NCBI GenBank assembly: GCA_016182085.1
Contig: JACOYB010000004.1
Location: 275,923-339,922, forward strand
DNA: 64,000 nt
Source of the DNA: Candidatus Magasanikiibacteriota bacterium
GTDB taxonomy: Bacteria; Patescibacteriota; Patescibacteriia; Magasanikbacterales; GWA2-37-8
Reading direction: 5' to 3'
Below are positions 27,182-36,991 of the stretch, one piece after another. The notes below the pieces were generated by a model, which saw nothing but the letters and a program-made list of their open reading frames with translations, was not told where the DNA came from and ran no database searches. Numbering within the stretch: position 1 is the stretch's first letter; every line of letters begins with the position of its first letter. The translations under genes and the position numbers were made by a program.

Positions 27182-27670
27182 CTAAGGCGCGAGATCTTCT
27201 TTAAAATCTTTCCATTTCTTTTTTATCTCGTCCATGAGGAGAGCTACTTCTTCCCTGGATATATGTTTGTTTCTTCCATATTCCAAAACAGTTTCATCTA
27301 CAGTGGTATTAAATTTGGTTCGCGAAACGTCAATAGTATGGCGTAGAGAATTTTTAATTTGGTTGTATAAATAATACAACTGAAACGTAAGCCATCTTTT
27401 CTGCAGCTCATGAGTCAAGTCCGCGGACACTTCGACAGCCAGCATTTTTTTCTGACTGTATTCCTTTACGAATAACTCCACGACTTCTTTGTATTTTTCC
27501 TCCGTAGCATCTCCGAGGTCTCGTAGTTTTTGTTCAACCCCTTGGTATAAATCATCAAGATTATGTTTTAATTCTTTGGTAACCTGCTGCCCCTTTTTAG
27601 TTTTTAAAAAGGCGAATAACGCAACTCCCATGACGCTTCCAGCTGTAGCTTTTCTCATAACGTTTAACAT
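27182..27670 (-). CDS. YtxH-like (DUF948-type) hypothetical protein
   Basis: N-terminal ATAGSVMGVALFAFLKTKKG glycine-zipper segment, then a helical remainder. Confidence 0.45.
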   Translation of the reverse strand: MLNVMRKATAGSVMGVALFAFLKTKKGQQVTKELKHNLDDLYQGVEQKLRDLGDATEEKYKEVVELFVKEYSQKKMLAVEVSADLTHELQKRWLTFQLYYLYNQIKNSLRHTIDVSRTKFNTTVDETVLEYGRNKHISREEVALLMDEIKKKWKDFKEDLAP

Positions 27671-27862
27671 ATGGGTATAAATTAAGAATTAAATAAAAAA
27701 GCCGGCCAAAGAAGAGCTCTGGCCAGCTTTTTTAAGGTTGTGATTTTGCGTGGGTATTTAAATTTTATGTTGGATTACCGTTTGAGCGGTAACGGGAAGT
27801 TAACAGGTAATAGTTGTGGCCAGACAACGCGCATACCCGCAGTATAAATGGGGAATCATTAA

Positions 27863-28039
27863 TTAGTCGCTATCGCCCTTTTCATCTTCATCATCCATGT
27901 CGTCATCATTCTTGTTTTGATTTTTGTTTGCGTCCCCGCCTTGATTATTTTGATTTTGCTGCTCACGATTACCGCCAGCTTTTTTGTCGTCGTCATTAGG
28001 ACGATTATTATTCTGCTGTGAATTTGGTGTGTTGTACAT
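27863..28039 (-). CDS. possible small disordered acidic protein (58 aa; below the track cutoff)
   Basis: The ATG at 28039 opens MYNTPNSQQNNNRPNDDDKKAGG…DDMDDEDEKGDSD. A hairpin terminator lies downstream at roughly 27690-27730. Confidence 0.25.
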   Translation of the reverse strand: MYNTPNSQQNNNRPNDDDKKAGGNREQQNQNNQGGDANKNQNKNDDDMDDEDEKGDSD

Positions 28040-28144
28040 ATACTTTGTGATTAGGAATTAAGTACTCTGTATTTTCACCAGGGTGTCGTGGCAGCGATCG
28101 ACCCTCCATGTAATCATGGCACTGCGCGCGATGTGTCAGTTCAA

Positions 28145-28187
28145 ACACAGAAGAAAATTAGCATCAGTGATTGTAATTTTCTTCTGT
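28145..28187. repeat. perfect 14-bp hairpin in a 380-bp ORF-free region
   Basis: cacagaagaaaatt (28145-28158), 15-nt loop, aattttcttctgtg (28174-28187). Confidence 0.6.
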
Positions 28188-28419
28188 GGTGAACCTTAAA
28201 CAATCTAAATTTTTTTATGAAAGAACGCTATATTAACTGTAGACCCATAAAAAAATGATGTCAACAAAAGAGTGGATACCAAGTGGATAACTAAAAAAAT
28301 TTATCTAACTGTAGGTAAATTTTCAACATGCGCAAAAAACTGAATGCGAAAATGAGCGCATAACATTTAAGATTGATAATCTCTTAGAGCAAATGGCCGG
28401 TACCGCCGAAAAGAAATAG

Positions 28420-29028
28420 TTACGGTTTGGTGGCATGTTTTATCTCTTCACAGGCAAGCATCATTTGTTTTTTCTCTACGCCCCAATGGTACTGGCCAAT
28501 TTCACCGGTTGATTTCAGGACCCGGTGGCAGGGAATAATATAGCTTGCCGGATTATTTCCCACAGCCGTACCGACCGCGCGCACGGCTTTTGGTTTTCCG
28601 ATTTGCCTGGCAATGTTGGCATAGGTAGTCGTTTTGCCCGGTGGAATGGAAAGCAATGCCTCCCAAACTTTGATTTGAAAATTAGTGCCTCGCACATGAA
28701 ATTTTATTTTTGATTTGGAGCGAATATTTAAAAAATATTTGTTGATAATGTCGTGCGACGGTTGATGTTGTTTAACAAGTTTGGCATTTGGCCAGCGTGA
28801 TTTTAGATCAGCGAGCGCGTCTTTGGTTTGATCAAAAAATAAAATATTGCAAACACCTTTGTTTGTTGCAGCCGTCAGACACTTGCCAAAACGCGTATCA
28901 AATATTGAATAAAAAATAATTAAATTTTTACCGCCGTATTTATATTCATCAGGCGTCATAGCTTCAATATCCTGCACGCGCTGCGCGGTATGTTTAATGA
29001 CCTGTTTTGTAGTTTGGTAATACTTCAT
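28420..29028 (-). CDS. ogt: methylated-DNA-protein-cysteine methyltransferase (Ogt/Ada C-domain) with N-terminal domain
   Basis: The active-site motif IIPCHRV and the helix-turn-helix TTTYANIARQIG are present. The NdeI-context ATG at 29028 was confirmed. Confidence 0.85.
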   Translation of the reverse strand: MKYYQTTKQVIKHTAQRVQDIEAMTPDEYKYGGKNLIIFYSIFDTRFGKCLTAATNKGVCNILFFDQTKDALADLKSRWPNAKLVKQHQPSHDIINKYFLNIRSKSKIKFHVRGTNFQIKVWEALLSIPPGKTTTYANIARQIGKPKAVRAVGTAVGNNPASYIIPCHRVLKSTGEIGQYHWGVEKKQMMLACEEIKHATKP

Positions 29029-29171
29029 ATGAAATCAAGATTACCCGATGGCGCAGGTGTCGTCAACCCGAAAATGATTATTATGATATAATAAATTTGG
29101 ATATGTAACATTTTGCGCCTTCTTAGTATTATCCATAAGAGGGCTAATAAAATTTAATTCATTCTTTAATT

Positions 29172-30224
29172 ATGTATATGCAATTTTTTAAGGATTTTGA
29201 TTTTAAAAAACCGTTGAATATTTTTAAAATAGGAGTTTTATCTTTGTTCGGTATTTCGGCATTGGTTTTTGTGGCGAGCCTTGTTAATTCTTCGGTGCGT
29301 CCGCTGCTGCGTGGCGGTATGGCAGAAAAATCGCAATCCGTGCCTCCAACATATAGCACGGGCATGGGTTATAGCGGCGAAGAGGCTGTTGATATGGCCT
29401 ATTACAAAGGCGCGCCAGCAGGTCTGTCTATCAGAAATATATTACCGCCAGAGCCGCCAAGCCCGGGAACTGTCGGAAATAATGCCGAAGACTTTGAGGT
29501 GACGGATTATGATGCGTATATAGAAACCAGAAAAAAACAAGAAGTCTGCGCCAGCATTACTGATTTGAAATCCTTAAAATACGTAATTTTTGAATTATCT
29601 CAAGAATCAGACAAGACTTGTATCTTTACCTTCAAGGTTGAGCACGCGCATGCTGCGGAAATTCTGGCGATAATTAAAGACCTTAAACCAAAGGATTTAT
29701 CCGAAAATACGCGTACCATAAAAACTCAATTAGATGATTTTACAAATCAAATAGAGATTTTGGAAAAGAAACGGGCTTCTATAGACGAAACACTCCGAAA
29801 TGCCATTAAAGCGTATGATGAAATAACTGCTTTGGCCGTAAGAACGCAAGACGCTGCGAGCCTTGCCAAAATTATTGATAGCAAGATCCAGGTGATTGAA
29901 CGTCTTACGCAAGAGAAAATTAATATAAATCAGCAATTGGATTATCTGGCCAGAGCCAAGGCCGACCAAATGGACAGGCTCAAATACACATATTTTAATA
30001 TCCGGGTATATGAGAATAAATATTTGGACGAAAAGACAATAAAGGATTCCTGGATTGCCGCTGTTCAAGATTTCTTCTTTACAATTAACGAAGCTTTGCA
30101 AAACGCGTCTATCAATTTGATTGCACTGCTTTTTGTCTTGATTCCGTATGTTATCTATGCGCTTATAATTTTGGTGGCAGCCAAATACGGTTGGAGACTG
30201 GCTAAGTATATTTGGAATAAATAA
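29172..30224 (+). CDS. membrane protein with N- and C-terminal TM segments flanking a coiled-coil domain (DUF4349-like architecture)
   Basis: 350 aa. Only the topology pattern supports the call. Confidence 0.45.
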   Translation: MYMQFFKDFDFKKPLNIFKIGVLSLFGISALVFVASLVNSSVRPLLRGGMAEKSQSVPPTYSTGMGYSGEEAVDMAYYKGAPAGLSIRNILPPEPPSPGTVGNNAEDFEVTDYDAYIETRKKQEVCASITDLKSLKYVIFELSQESDKTCIFTFKVEHAHAAEILAIIKDLKPKDLSENTRTIKTQLDDFTNQIEILEKKRASIDETLRNAIKAYDEITALAVRTQDAASLAKIIDSKIQVIERLTQEKININQQLDYLARAKADQMDRLKYTYFNIRVYENKYLDEKTIKDSWIAAVQDFFFTINEALQNASINLIALLFVLIPYVIYALIILVAAKYGWRLAKYIWNK

Positions 30225-30293
30225 AACTTTTGCGCGCCTGTTCTAGTTATTAATAGAACAGGCGCGGCGATTTTCAGGTTGGCGGGGTTATTT

Positions 30294-30656
30294 CTACGGA
30301 AAGACAAAGTAACCGCGGATGACCTGGCCTTTTTCCACCAGGACTTCATCAACAGGCCCGCCGATTTCTTTGTCGTCTACAACAAAAAACCAGAATTCTC
30401 GAGTCGCTTGGTTTTCGGTAGTTCCATCCACGGACGAAACCCAGCTTTTCCGGGTTCTTTGACCGTTCACCGTCAAATCCCGTGGAGCCATGGTCACTCT
30501 GTGGCCTGCTTCCCAGAGAGCGTTGCTAATTGTAGAATCCCGTTTGGCTTCTACCTCCACATATTCGGTGCCCATGCATCCGGGGATGCAAGCGGCAATA
30601 GCTCCGGTACCCAGGCACTTGAGAAGATTTCTTCGATTCATTGCGGCCTCTCTCAT
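30294..30656 (-). CDS. Tat-signal lipoprotein, hypothetical, roughly 53% GC
   Basis: MREAAMNRRNLLKCLGTGAIAACIPGC has a twin-arginine motif and a lipobox. Composition is atypical for the flanks. Confidence 0.45.
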   Translation of the reverse strand: MREAAMNRRNLLKCLGTGAIAACIPGCMGTEYVEVEAKRDSTISNALWEAGHRVTMAPRDLTVNGQRTRKSWVSSVDGTTENQATREFWFFVVDDKEIGGPVDEVLVEKGQVIRGYFVFP

Positions 30657-31216
30657 GGTTGAGGTGGAAAAACACAAACACCCGCTGGCAGGCGGGTGTC
30701 AACTGATAGATACTTTAGAGATGGTTAAAAATAATCATACCTAAGGTATCTATAAGCTTTATTACCCCTGCTCGGGAGTGTCTTGTAACCTGAAATTATT
30801 CCATAGATGCAGACCAGGCTTATTCCCAAATTGGGACTTTACTGTTGCGGCACAGCGAGGGAATTTAACCCCACTTCAACATATATATGGGCGTTGCCCA
30901 TATATACTCATTCGTTCGGAAATAGCCAGTATAAATATTTTTAGCTCACAAGCGATCAAAAATACTTTCCTGTCTATTTCTCTCACTCATTTCGTATATG
31001 GAATTTTTTGAAAGAACTAAGTATAAGTTTACCGAAGGTTAAAAATAATAGCAAGAGGTTTTAAATTAAAAAACCACTCCAATTGTATTGGGGTGGTTTT
31101 TATTTCAATGGGTACCATTATTTCTATGATCTTCATTGAAATGTACCAGCTGCGTACGGGCAGCTGGCGGGCTTACACATCGCTCTTCTCCGTACAGAAG
31201 AGTTGGTCGGGCTTGG

Positions 31217-31438
31217 CTAGCCCTGCGGCTGGTCGCTCGCGCCCGCGTGCTCGGGGCTCGTGGCCTCGGGTGGCGAGGTGGCGACCGCGGGCTTGGCGGT
31301 CTCGATCTGCTGCTCGGACGAGCGGTCGTAACCGCGACCCGCAGTCATGTTGAGCAGGTCGTCGAGACCGTGGCCACCGTCGAAATCGCCGGCGTTGTTG
31401 TCACGCAGGAAGGGTTCGTTGTGGAGTTTCTTCTGCAT
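31217..31438 (-). CDS. small hypothetical protein with roughly 65% GC and strong GC3 codon bias
   Basis: MQKKLHNEPFLRDNNAGDFDGGHGLDDLLNMTAG…, with GGAG 8 nt upstream of the ATG. The plus-strand ORFs here are Arg-rich antisense artefacts. Confidence 0.5.
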   Translation of the reverse strand: MQKKLHNEPFLRDNNAGDFDGGHGLDDLLNMTAGRGYDRSSEQQIETAKPAVATSPPEATSPEHAGASDQPQG

Positions 31439-31650
31439 CTGCTTTTCTCCAGAGTCAGCACCCGTTCTTGCGAACGCCCCTTAGTGCGCTGCTCAAAGTT
31501 GTTGTTATGTCGGGGAAGAAACACTTTTTAAGTAAAGTAGTTTTTTTCCATACACAACCTGTATATTTGTTTATAAAAATACAAACGTCTTTGCGACGTG
31601 TCATTATGGTATAATTTTTTTGTTTTGTCAAGATGCCAGTATAGCTGATT

Positions 31651-32106
31651 TTATTCTATTTTAATTATTTTATATACAGTTTCGTTGTTAGAGATTTTTA
31701 CTGAATCGCCAATTTTGTGTCCTAATAAAGCCGCGCCCAGAGGGGAGTTGTGAGAAATGATTCCTTGTTGCGGATTGGTTTCAGAAGAGCCAAGAATTAA
31801 GTATGCTTTTTCGGTTTTGCCGTTTGTTATGGTTACGGTATGGCCTATACCAACCGTATCCGTCTGTTTTTGCGAAGGTATGAGTACGGCATGTTTTAAT
31901 TGATTTTCTAATCGTAAAATACCCTCATTAATACCGCGAAGACGCCCTTTAGCTAGCTGGTATTCCATGTTTTCCGAAAAATCCCCCAGTTCGGCTAGTC
32001 TTTTTACTTCTTCGGCAGCCCTTGGTCGGCTGAAGTTTTTTAACCTTTCTAATTTATCTTGCAGCTCCTTTGCTTTTTCGGACGTAAGCATAGGATCGGA
32101 TTTCAT
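31651..32106 (-). CDS. greA: transcription elongation factor GreA
   Basis: Start moved to ATG 32106 (MKSDPMLTSEKAKELQDKLERLK…), which aligns with the GreA N-terminus. The FKBP-like C-domain is also present. Confidence 0.85.
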   Translation of the reverse strand: MKSDPMLTSEKAKELQDKLERLKNFSRPRAAEEVKRLAELGDFSENMEYQLAKGRLRGINEGILRLENQLKHAVLIPSQKQTDTVGIGHTVTITNGKTEKAYLILGSSETNPQQGIISHNSPLGAALLGHKIGDSVKISNNETVYKIIKIE

Positions 32107-32265
32107 CTGGCTATATTTACCTGGTTTTCTATAGGGTACGCGCATAGTGATGAAATAGTATCATGTATTTAGGAATTTAAAAACTACCCGGTACACGCGT
32201 GTTGTTTTTTATTGTAAGCCGTGGTAGACTTGGATTCTACAGCTTAATTTTTTAATGCAGTATAT

Positions 32266-32793
32266 ATGGGTAATTTTAACCGAGATAATAGATCCGGCGG
32301 AGACAGAGGCGGCAACAGATTTGGAAAGAGAGATTTTGGGGGCAAAAGTTTTGGCGATAGAAAATTCGGCGACCGTAAATTTGGCGGCGGCGGTTTCGGC
32401 AAGCCTCAAATGCACGATGCTATCTGCAGCCAGTGCGGCAAGCCATGCCAAGTACCGTTTAGACCAACAGGAGACAGGGAAGTTTTTTGCAGCAATTGTT
32501 TTAAAGACAAAAAACACGACGGTCCGATGAGGCCGTCCGGAAATAATTTTGGCAAACCAAGCTTTGGCAGCCGGCCTAGTTTTGATAAAAAACCGGCGTT
32601 TGGCGGCGGCAGCGATAATAATCAGCAATTTAAACAGCAGCTTGAACTATTAAATTCTAAACTGGATAAAATTCTTGACGCCTTAACTTCCAGAGCCGTT
32701 GAAATAAAAGCGGAAGCAGAGGAAAAACCAAAGGCAGAAGCTAAAAAAGCAAAGTCGGCGGTAAAAAAATTGGCAACAAAAAAGAAAAAATAA
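32266..32793 (+). CDS. Gly/Arg-rich (RGG/FG-repeat) protein with a central CxxC…CxxC zinc ribbon and a Lys/Ala-rich tail
   Basis: CSQCGKPCQVPF…FCSNCF. Repetitive GGN/RFG/KFG units at the N-terminus. The overlapping ORFs at 32209-32628 (-) and 32255-32530 (+) are treated as artefacts of the repeats. Confidence 0.45.
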   Translation: MGNFNRDNRSGGDRGGNRFGKRDFGGKSFGDRKFGDRKFGGGGFGKPQMHDAICSQCGKPCQVPFRPTGDREVFCSNCFKDKKHDGPMRPSGNNFGKPSFGSRPSFDKKPAFGGGSDNNQQFKQQLELLNSKLDKILDALTSRAVEIKAEAEEKPKAEAKKAKSAVKKLATKKKK

Positions 32794-32853
32794 TTTTTTT
32801 AAAAAACATCCTGGTAAAATGGGATGTTTTTTGTTAAGATTAATTATATTTCT

Positions 32854-34239
32854 ATGCTACCTAATCATTCTCCGTGGATAAAAGAACTTAAACGCACGCG
32901 GCCGGTTGTACCGCTGGACAAAGATTTGCAAACCGACGTTGCGATTGTAGGAGGGGGGATAGCGGGCGTAACAACCGCATTTTTTACGTTACGTGATACA
33001 AATAAAAAAGTTGTGCTGCTAGAGGCGGATAAAATCGCGCACGGAGCTACCGGCCACAATGCCGGACAAATTACCAGTTATTTTGAACGAGGATTTGTAA
33101 ATATGGCGGAAGAATTTGGGTTAGAGATGGCTGCTAGCGGTCAGCGGGCAGTTGAATCTGCCTGGATACTGATAGATGAAATTATGATACAGGCCCAGCT
33201 GCAAACGCCGCTGTACCGTTTTACCGGTTACGCCGGACTCTCAAGCATAAACCAAATACTAAATCATTTAAAAAATAATTATTACCGTGTTAAGGGAGGG
33301 TTGCCTGCCGAGACAATAGTGATTGCCAAGGAATGGGATGATATTAAAAAAATTCCAAAGGAATATGATAATTTATATTCGCTTGTCAGTCATAAAGACC
33401 TGTTGGATTTGCTGGAAACAAACAATCAGGATTATATTGCCGCGCTTTCATATGAGAAAGGCTGTACCAATAGCGCTTTATTTTCCGAAGAATTACTTGG
33501 TTATTTGATAGCTAATTATAAAGATAGGTTTTCTTTTCACGAAGGCAGTCCGGTTAGTACCGTTATGCTTAACGATAAAAACGGAATCTTAAGCGTATTG
33601 AATTATACAGTTACGGCCGAAAAAATAATTTTATGCACCAACGGATTTGAAAGTTTTACGATTATCAATAATGCGGGGCCGGAAATAGATACTAAATTCC
33701 ACGCATCCGTGGCCGGACGCATCGGTTATATGTCCGGATATGTTGAGCCGCTCAGTAATCCGCCTACCGCCATCAGCTATTTCCCCAAAAGAAAAGACGG
33801 CTTAAACGATCCGACCGGAGAAAGTTATTTTTACCTGACTCGTCGGCCGCATGAGCATGAAGGTAAAAAATCGTATAATTTGGTGTGTACCGGCGGGCCG
33901 GAAAAAGTATTACCCAATGGCGCGCAGTATAATCGCGCCGATTCCTGTCCGGAAGATGTAAAGATTTTAATAGATGATTTTTTATACAGTAATCACAATA
34001 AATTTAGGGAAGAATCGGATTTTTCATTTTGTTGGCATGGGCTAATGGGTTATACGCCCAACGGTATTCGTCGGATTGGTCCGGAACCAATAAATCCTGT
34101 TTTGTTATATAATTTAGGATGCAATGGCGTGGGAATACTGCCATCAATATATGGAGGCAAGAAAATTTCCGGTTTTATAAATAAAGAAAAAATGCTTAAA
34201 TCAATTTTTGATCCCACCGATCAGCGATGGGAAGATTAG
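32854..34239 (+). CDS. FAD-dependent oxidoreductase (DAO family)
   Basis: Start at ATG 32854. DVAIVGGGIAGVTTAF is a Rossmann dinucleotide motif, and the C-terminal …YNLGCNGVGI… is typical of DAO-family enzymes. Confidence 0.75.
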   Translation: MLPNHSPWIKELKRTRPVVPLDKDLQTDVAIVGGGIAGVTTAFFTLRDTNKKVVLLEADKIAHGATGHNAGQITSYFERGFVNMAEEFGLEMAASGQRAVESAWILIDEIMIQAQLQTPLYRFTGYAGLSSINQILNHLKNNYYRVKGGLPAETIVIAKEWDDIKKIPKEYDNLYSLVSHKDLLDLLETNNQDYIAALSYEKGCTNSALFSEELLGYLIANYKDRFSFHEGSPVSTVMLNDKNGILSVLNYTVTAEKIILCTNGFESFTIINNAGPEIDTKFHASVAGRIGYMSGYVEPLSNPPTAISYFPKRKDGLNDPTGESYFYLTRRPHEHEGKKSYNLVCTGGPEKVLPNGAQYNRADSCPEDVKILIDDFLYSNHNKFREESDFSFCWHGLMGYTPNGIRRIGPEPINPVLLYNLGCNGVGILPSIYGGKKISGFINKEKMLKSIFDPTDQRWED

Positions 34240-34245
34240 CTGTCT

Positions 34246-35175
34246 ATGCTGCAAAATATTTTTATTTTTGCCTGTTCGCTGGCGCTGGTAATTAAAGGGG
34301 CGACGTTTGCAACCAAGTATGCGTCCAGGCTGGCCAAAAGTTTTCATTTATCCAAATATACCGTGGGTTTTATTGTCGTGGCAATTATTTCCATTCTGCC
34401 TGAAACATTTATTGCCATAAATTCGGCGCTTACGGGTATGCCGTCGTTTGGTTTGGGAGTGCTATTCGGGTCAAACATTGCCGACCTTACGCTTGTCTTT
34501 ACAGTTATACTTTTATTTGCCGGTCGGAGAATAAAAATTGAAAGCAAAGTTATTGATAGAAATAAAGTATACTCATTTTTTTTGCTCTTGCCGGTTATAT
34601 TGGGGCTAGACGGATATTTTTCCAGGCTAGAAGGCTTGGCGCTCATTATTGTCGGTGCGGTATTTTATTATATGGTCTTTAGAAATGACGCGAGCACAGC
34701 CGTGGCCGGTAACAGCGATCATAGTTGGTATAAAAGTTTAATATTGCTTGTTGTGGGCATGGCCGTTCTTCTTATTGGCTCGTATTTTACGGTTATATCC
34801 GCCTTAGCGCTGGCGCAGGCATTCAATATAAATCCGATTTTGATTGGGATGCTTGTGGTTGGTCTTGGCACGACTATACCTGAATTATTTTTTGCCTTAA
34901 AGGCGGTACGAAAAAAAGACGATTCGCTCGCTGTAGGCGATGTGCTTGGCACGGTGCTTGCGGATGCGACGATTGTGGTTGGGATTCTGGCGCTTCTTAA
35001 TCCATTTTCCTTTCCTCAAAAAATTATTTATATTACCGGTGTATTTATGGTTTTAGCTTCGGCTATCCTGCTTATTTTCATGCGTTCCGGTAAAGTGCTA
35101 TCTAGGAAAGAGGGGATTGGACTTCTGTTTTTCTGGTTAGCTTTTGTCTTTATAGAATTTTGGTTTAATAAATAA
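34246..35175 (+). CDS. CaCA-family cation/calcium antiporter (YrbG-like)
   Basis: Two alpha-repeat signatures (…ILPETFIAINSALTG… and …GLGTTIPELFFAL…), roughly 10 TM helices. Confidence 0.7.
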   Translation: MLQNIFIFACSLALVIKGATFATKYASRLAKSFHLSKYTVGFIVVAIISILPETFIAINSALTGMPSFGLGVLFGSNIADLTLVFTVILLFAGRRIKIESKVIDRNKVYSFFLLLPVILGLDGYFSRLEGLALIIVGAVFYYMVFRNDASTAVAGNSDHSWYKSLILLVVGMAVLLIGSYFTVISALALAQAFNINPILIGMLVVGLGTTIPELFFALKAVRKKDDSLAVGDVLGTVLADATIVVGILALLNPFSFPQKIIYITGVFMVLASAILLIFMRSGKVLSRKEGIGLLFFWLAFVFIEFWFNK

Positions 35176-35255
35176 AAAAACAAGCCACCCGTCATTAAAC
35201 TTCCAAGATTTGAAAATATAGTGACGATCGGGATGGCTTGTTTCTCCTTCTGTTA

Positions 35256-35474
35256 TTAACGTCGGCTGTTTTTGAAGACCGGCGGCGGTTCTAAGAGAAG
35301 GAGCAGAGTGCTCCAGCAGGCAGCGGAGATCAGAAAGCTCTTGAACCCATCGGTGCCAGTGAGTTCTACTACAACTGGTCGAGTGAGGCCTCCGAACATG
35401 AGGCCAAACACCACTAGAATCAGTATGTAGACGAGAATAATCACGATTGCTCCAAACTTTCCATCGCCGCTCAT
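35256..35474 (-). CDS. small hydrophobic protein, GC-rich (roughly 50%)
   Basis: The ATG at 35474 opens MSGDGKFGAIVIILVYILILVVFGLMFGG… with two predicted TM helices. Composition is atypical. Confidence 0.3.
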   Translation of the reverse strand: MSGDGKFGAIVIILVYILILVVFGLMFGGLTRPVVVELTGTDGFKSFLISAACWSTLLLLLEPPPVFKNSRR

Positions 35475-35662
35475 GGCTTTCCTTTCGGCGGGAGAATGTA
35501 AGCAGGTGGTAATTTCCTTGCTCACGTTTTTACCTCGTTTTAGAACGAGGTTTACTATACGCTAAATTTAGCCTTTTGTCAAGATAAAACAGGCAGTAAT
35601 ACTTGTTAAATTCTGTCCGGCTGTTATACTATTATGAGTTTTAATGCTTTAATTTTTCTATT

Positions 35663-36583
35663 ATGGATGCTCAAACCGGTCTGTGGATTCTGTTTGGAGT
35701 TATAATTACGGGTTTTTTGGCTCTTGATCTGGGTTATTTTAACCGTAAAGTTCATAAGGTAGAGTTAAAATCAGCCGTCAACCAATCCCTGTTTTGGATC
35801 GGTATTGCTTTTTGTTTCGGGCTCTTGATTTTTATATTCCTGGATAGAAAAATGGCCGCGGATTTTTTTAGCGCGTACGTGACGGAAAAGATGCTTTCGG
35901 TAGATAATCTATTTGTTATCATGCTTATTTTTAGTTATTTCAAGCTTGAAGAACAATATCATCACAGGGTGTTGTTTTGGGGTATTATGGGAGCGATAGT
36001 TTTTCGCGCCATATTTATTGGCGCCGGGTCAGTAATTATCAGTCAGTTCCACTGGGTCTTATATATTTTCGGAGCAATTTTACTCTATACGGGCGTTAAA
36101 TTGCTGCGGGATAAAAAAGAAGAACACGTTGATTTTGAGAAAAACCGCATTATCAAGTGGGCGAGGAAGCTGTTGCCGTTTTCGCCCAATCATCATAACG
36201 GCAAGTTTTTTGTCAGAGAACACGGTAAATTTGTCTTTACTTCGTTATTTTTAATCATGCTCTTAGTGGAAGGCAGCGATATTATTTTTGCCGTAGATTC
36301 AATCCCGGCTGTATTTCTTATTTCTCGAAACCCGTTCATCGTCTTTACCTCAAATATATTTGCCATTATGGGTTTGCGAGCATTATTTTTCCTTATTGAA
36401 AATATCTTGCATAAGTTTCACCATTTGCAAAAAGGCCTCGCGTTTATCCTGCTTTTTATCGGTCTAAAAATGTTTTCCGGCATATTCGACCTCCATCTGT
36501 CCTCGTATGTGGCTTTTGCAATTATTATCCTGGCGCTCGCCACATCCGTGATTCTTTCGGTAATTTTTCCAAAGAAAATATAG
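35663..36583 (+). CDS. TerC-family membrane protein
   Basis: SVDNLFVIMLIF and other TerC blocks; 306 aa with roughly 9 TM helices. Confidence 0.8.
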   Translation: MDAQTGLWILFGVIITGFLALDLGYFNRKVHKVELKSAVNQSLFWIGIAFCFGLLIFIFLDRKMAADFFSAYVTEKMLSVDNLFVIMLIFSYFKLEEQYHHRVLFWGIMGAIVFRAIFIGAGSVIISQFHWVLYIFGAILLYTGVKLLRDKKEEHVDFEKNRIIKWARKLLPFSPNHHNGKFFVREHGKFVFTSLFLIMLLVEGSDIIFAVDSIPAVFLISRNPFIVFTSNIFAIMGLRALFFLIENILHKFHHLQKGLAFILLFIGLKMFSGIFDLHLSSYVAFAIIILALATSVILSVIFPKKI

Positions 36584-36710
36584 TTCCACCCCCGCTTTTT
36601 CTAAAGAAAACCATGGGGGATAAAAAAGTGGACAACTTAAATTTTCCTATTGACTTTTATTGGAAATAGGAGTATACTATTATCTAGTTTTTCAAACATA
36701 ATTTTTACAT

Positions 36711-36914
36711 ATGTCAGAAGTAAGAAGGCCAGGACACGAAGAAATGTCCGAGGATGAAAGCAGTGAAAGTTTGGTTTTACATGAACATGTAGACCTAGAT
36801 TCACCTGAAAATGACACAGATAAGATAATCCTACCGCTTGATTCGGATGATGAGGTTTTTAACCAAGACGGTCTTGAAACTGAAGACGGTGCAGAGGTTA
36901 AGGAAGACGAGTAG
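36711..36914 (+). CDS. small acidic hypothetical protein
   Basis: 67 aa, extremely acidic and D/E/S-rich. Coding status is uncertain. Confidence 0.3.
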   Translation: MSEVRRPGHEEMSEDESSESLVLHEHVDLDSPENDTDKIILPLDSDDEVFNQDGLETEDGAEVKEDE

Positions 36915-36991
36915 GAATTAATTTACAAATATCCAGGTGGAAAATTAGTCGGTTTTTACCCGCGATTAATTTATTCATAATTTCAAAAAAT

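Noticed and set aside
35530-35662. yybP-ykoY (manganese) riboswitch upstream of the TerC-family gene
   Set aside because: It was expected from genomic context, but the leader lacks the conserved GGAGAGUAG / CUUGACA-type core. Only a small hairpin (acctcgtt…aacgaggt) is present.
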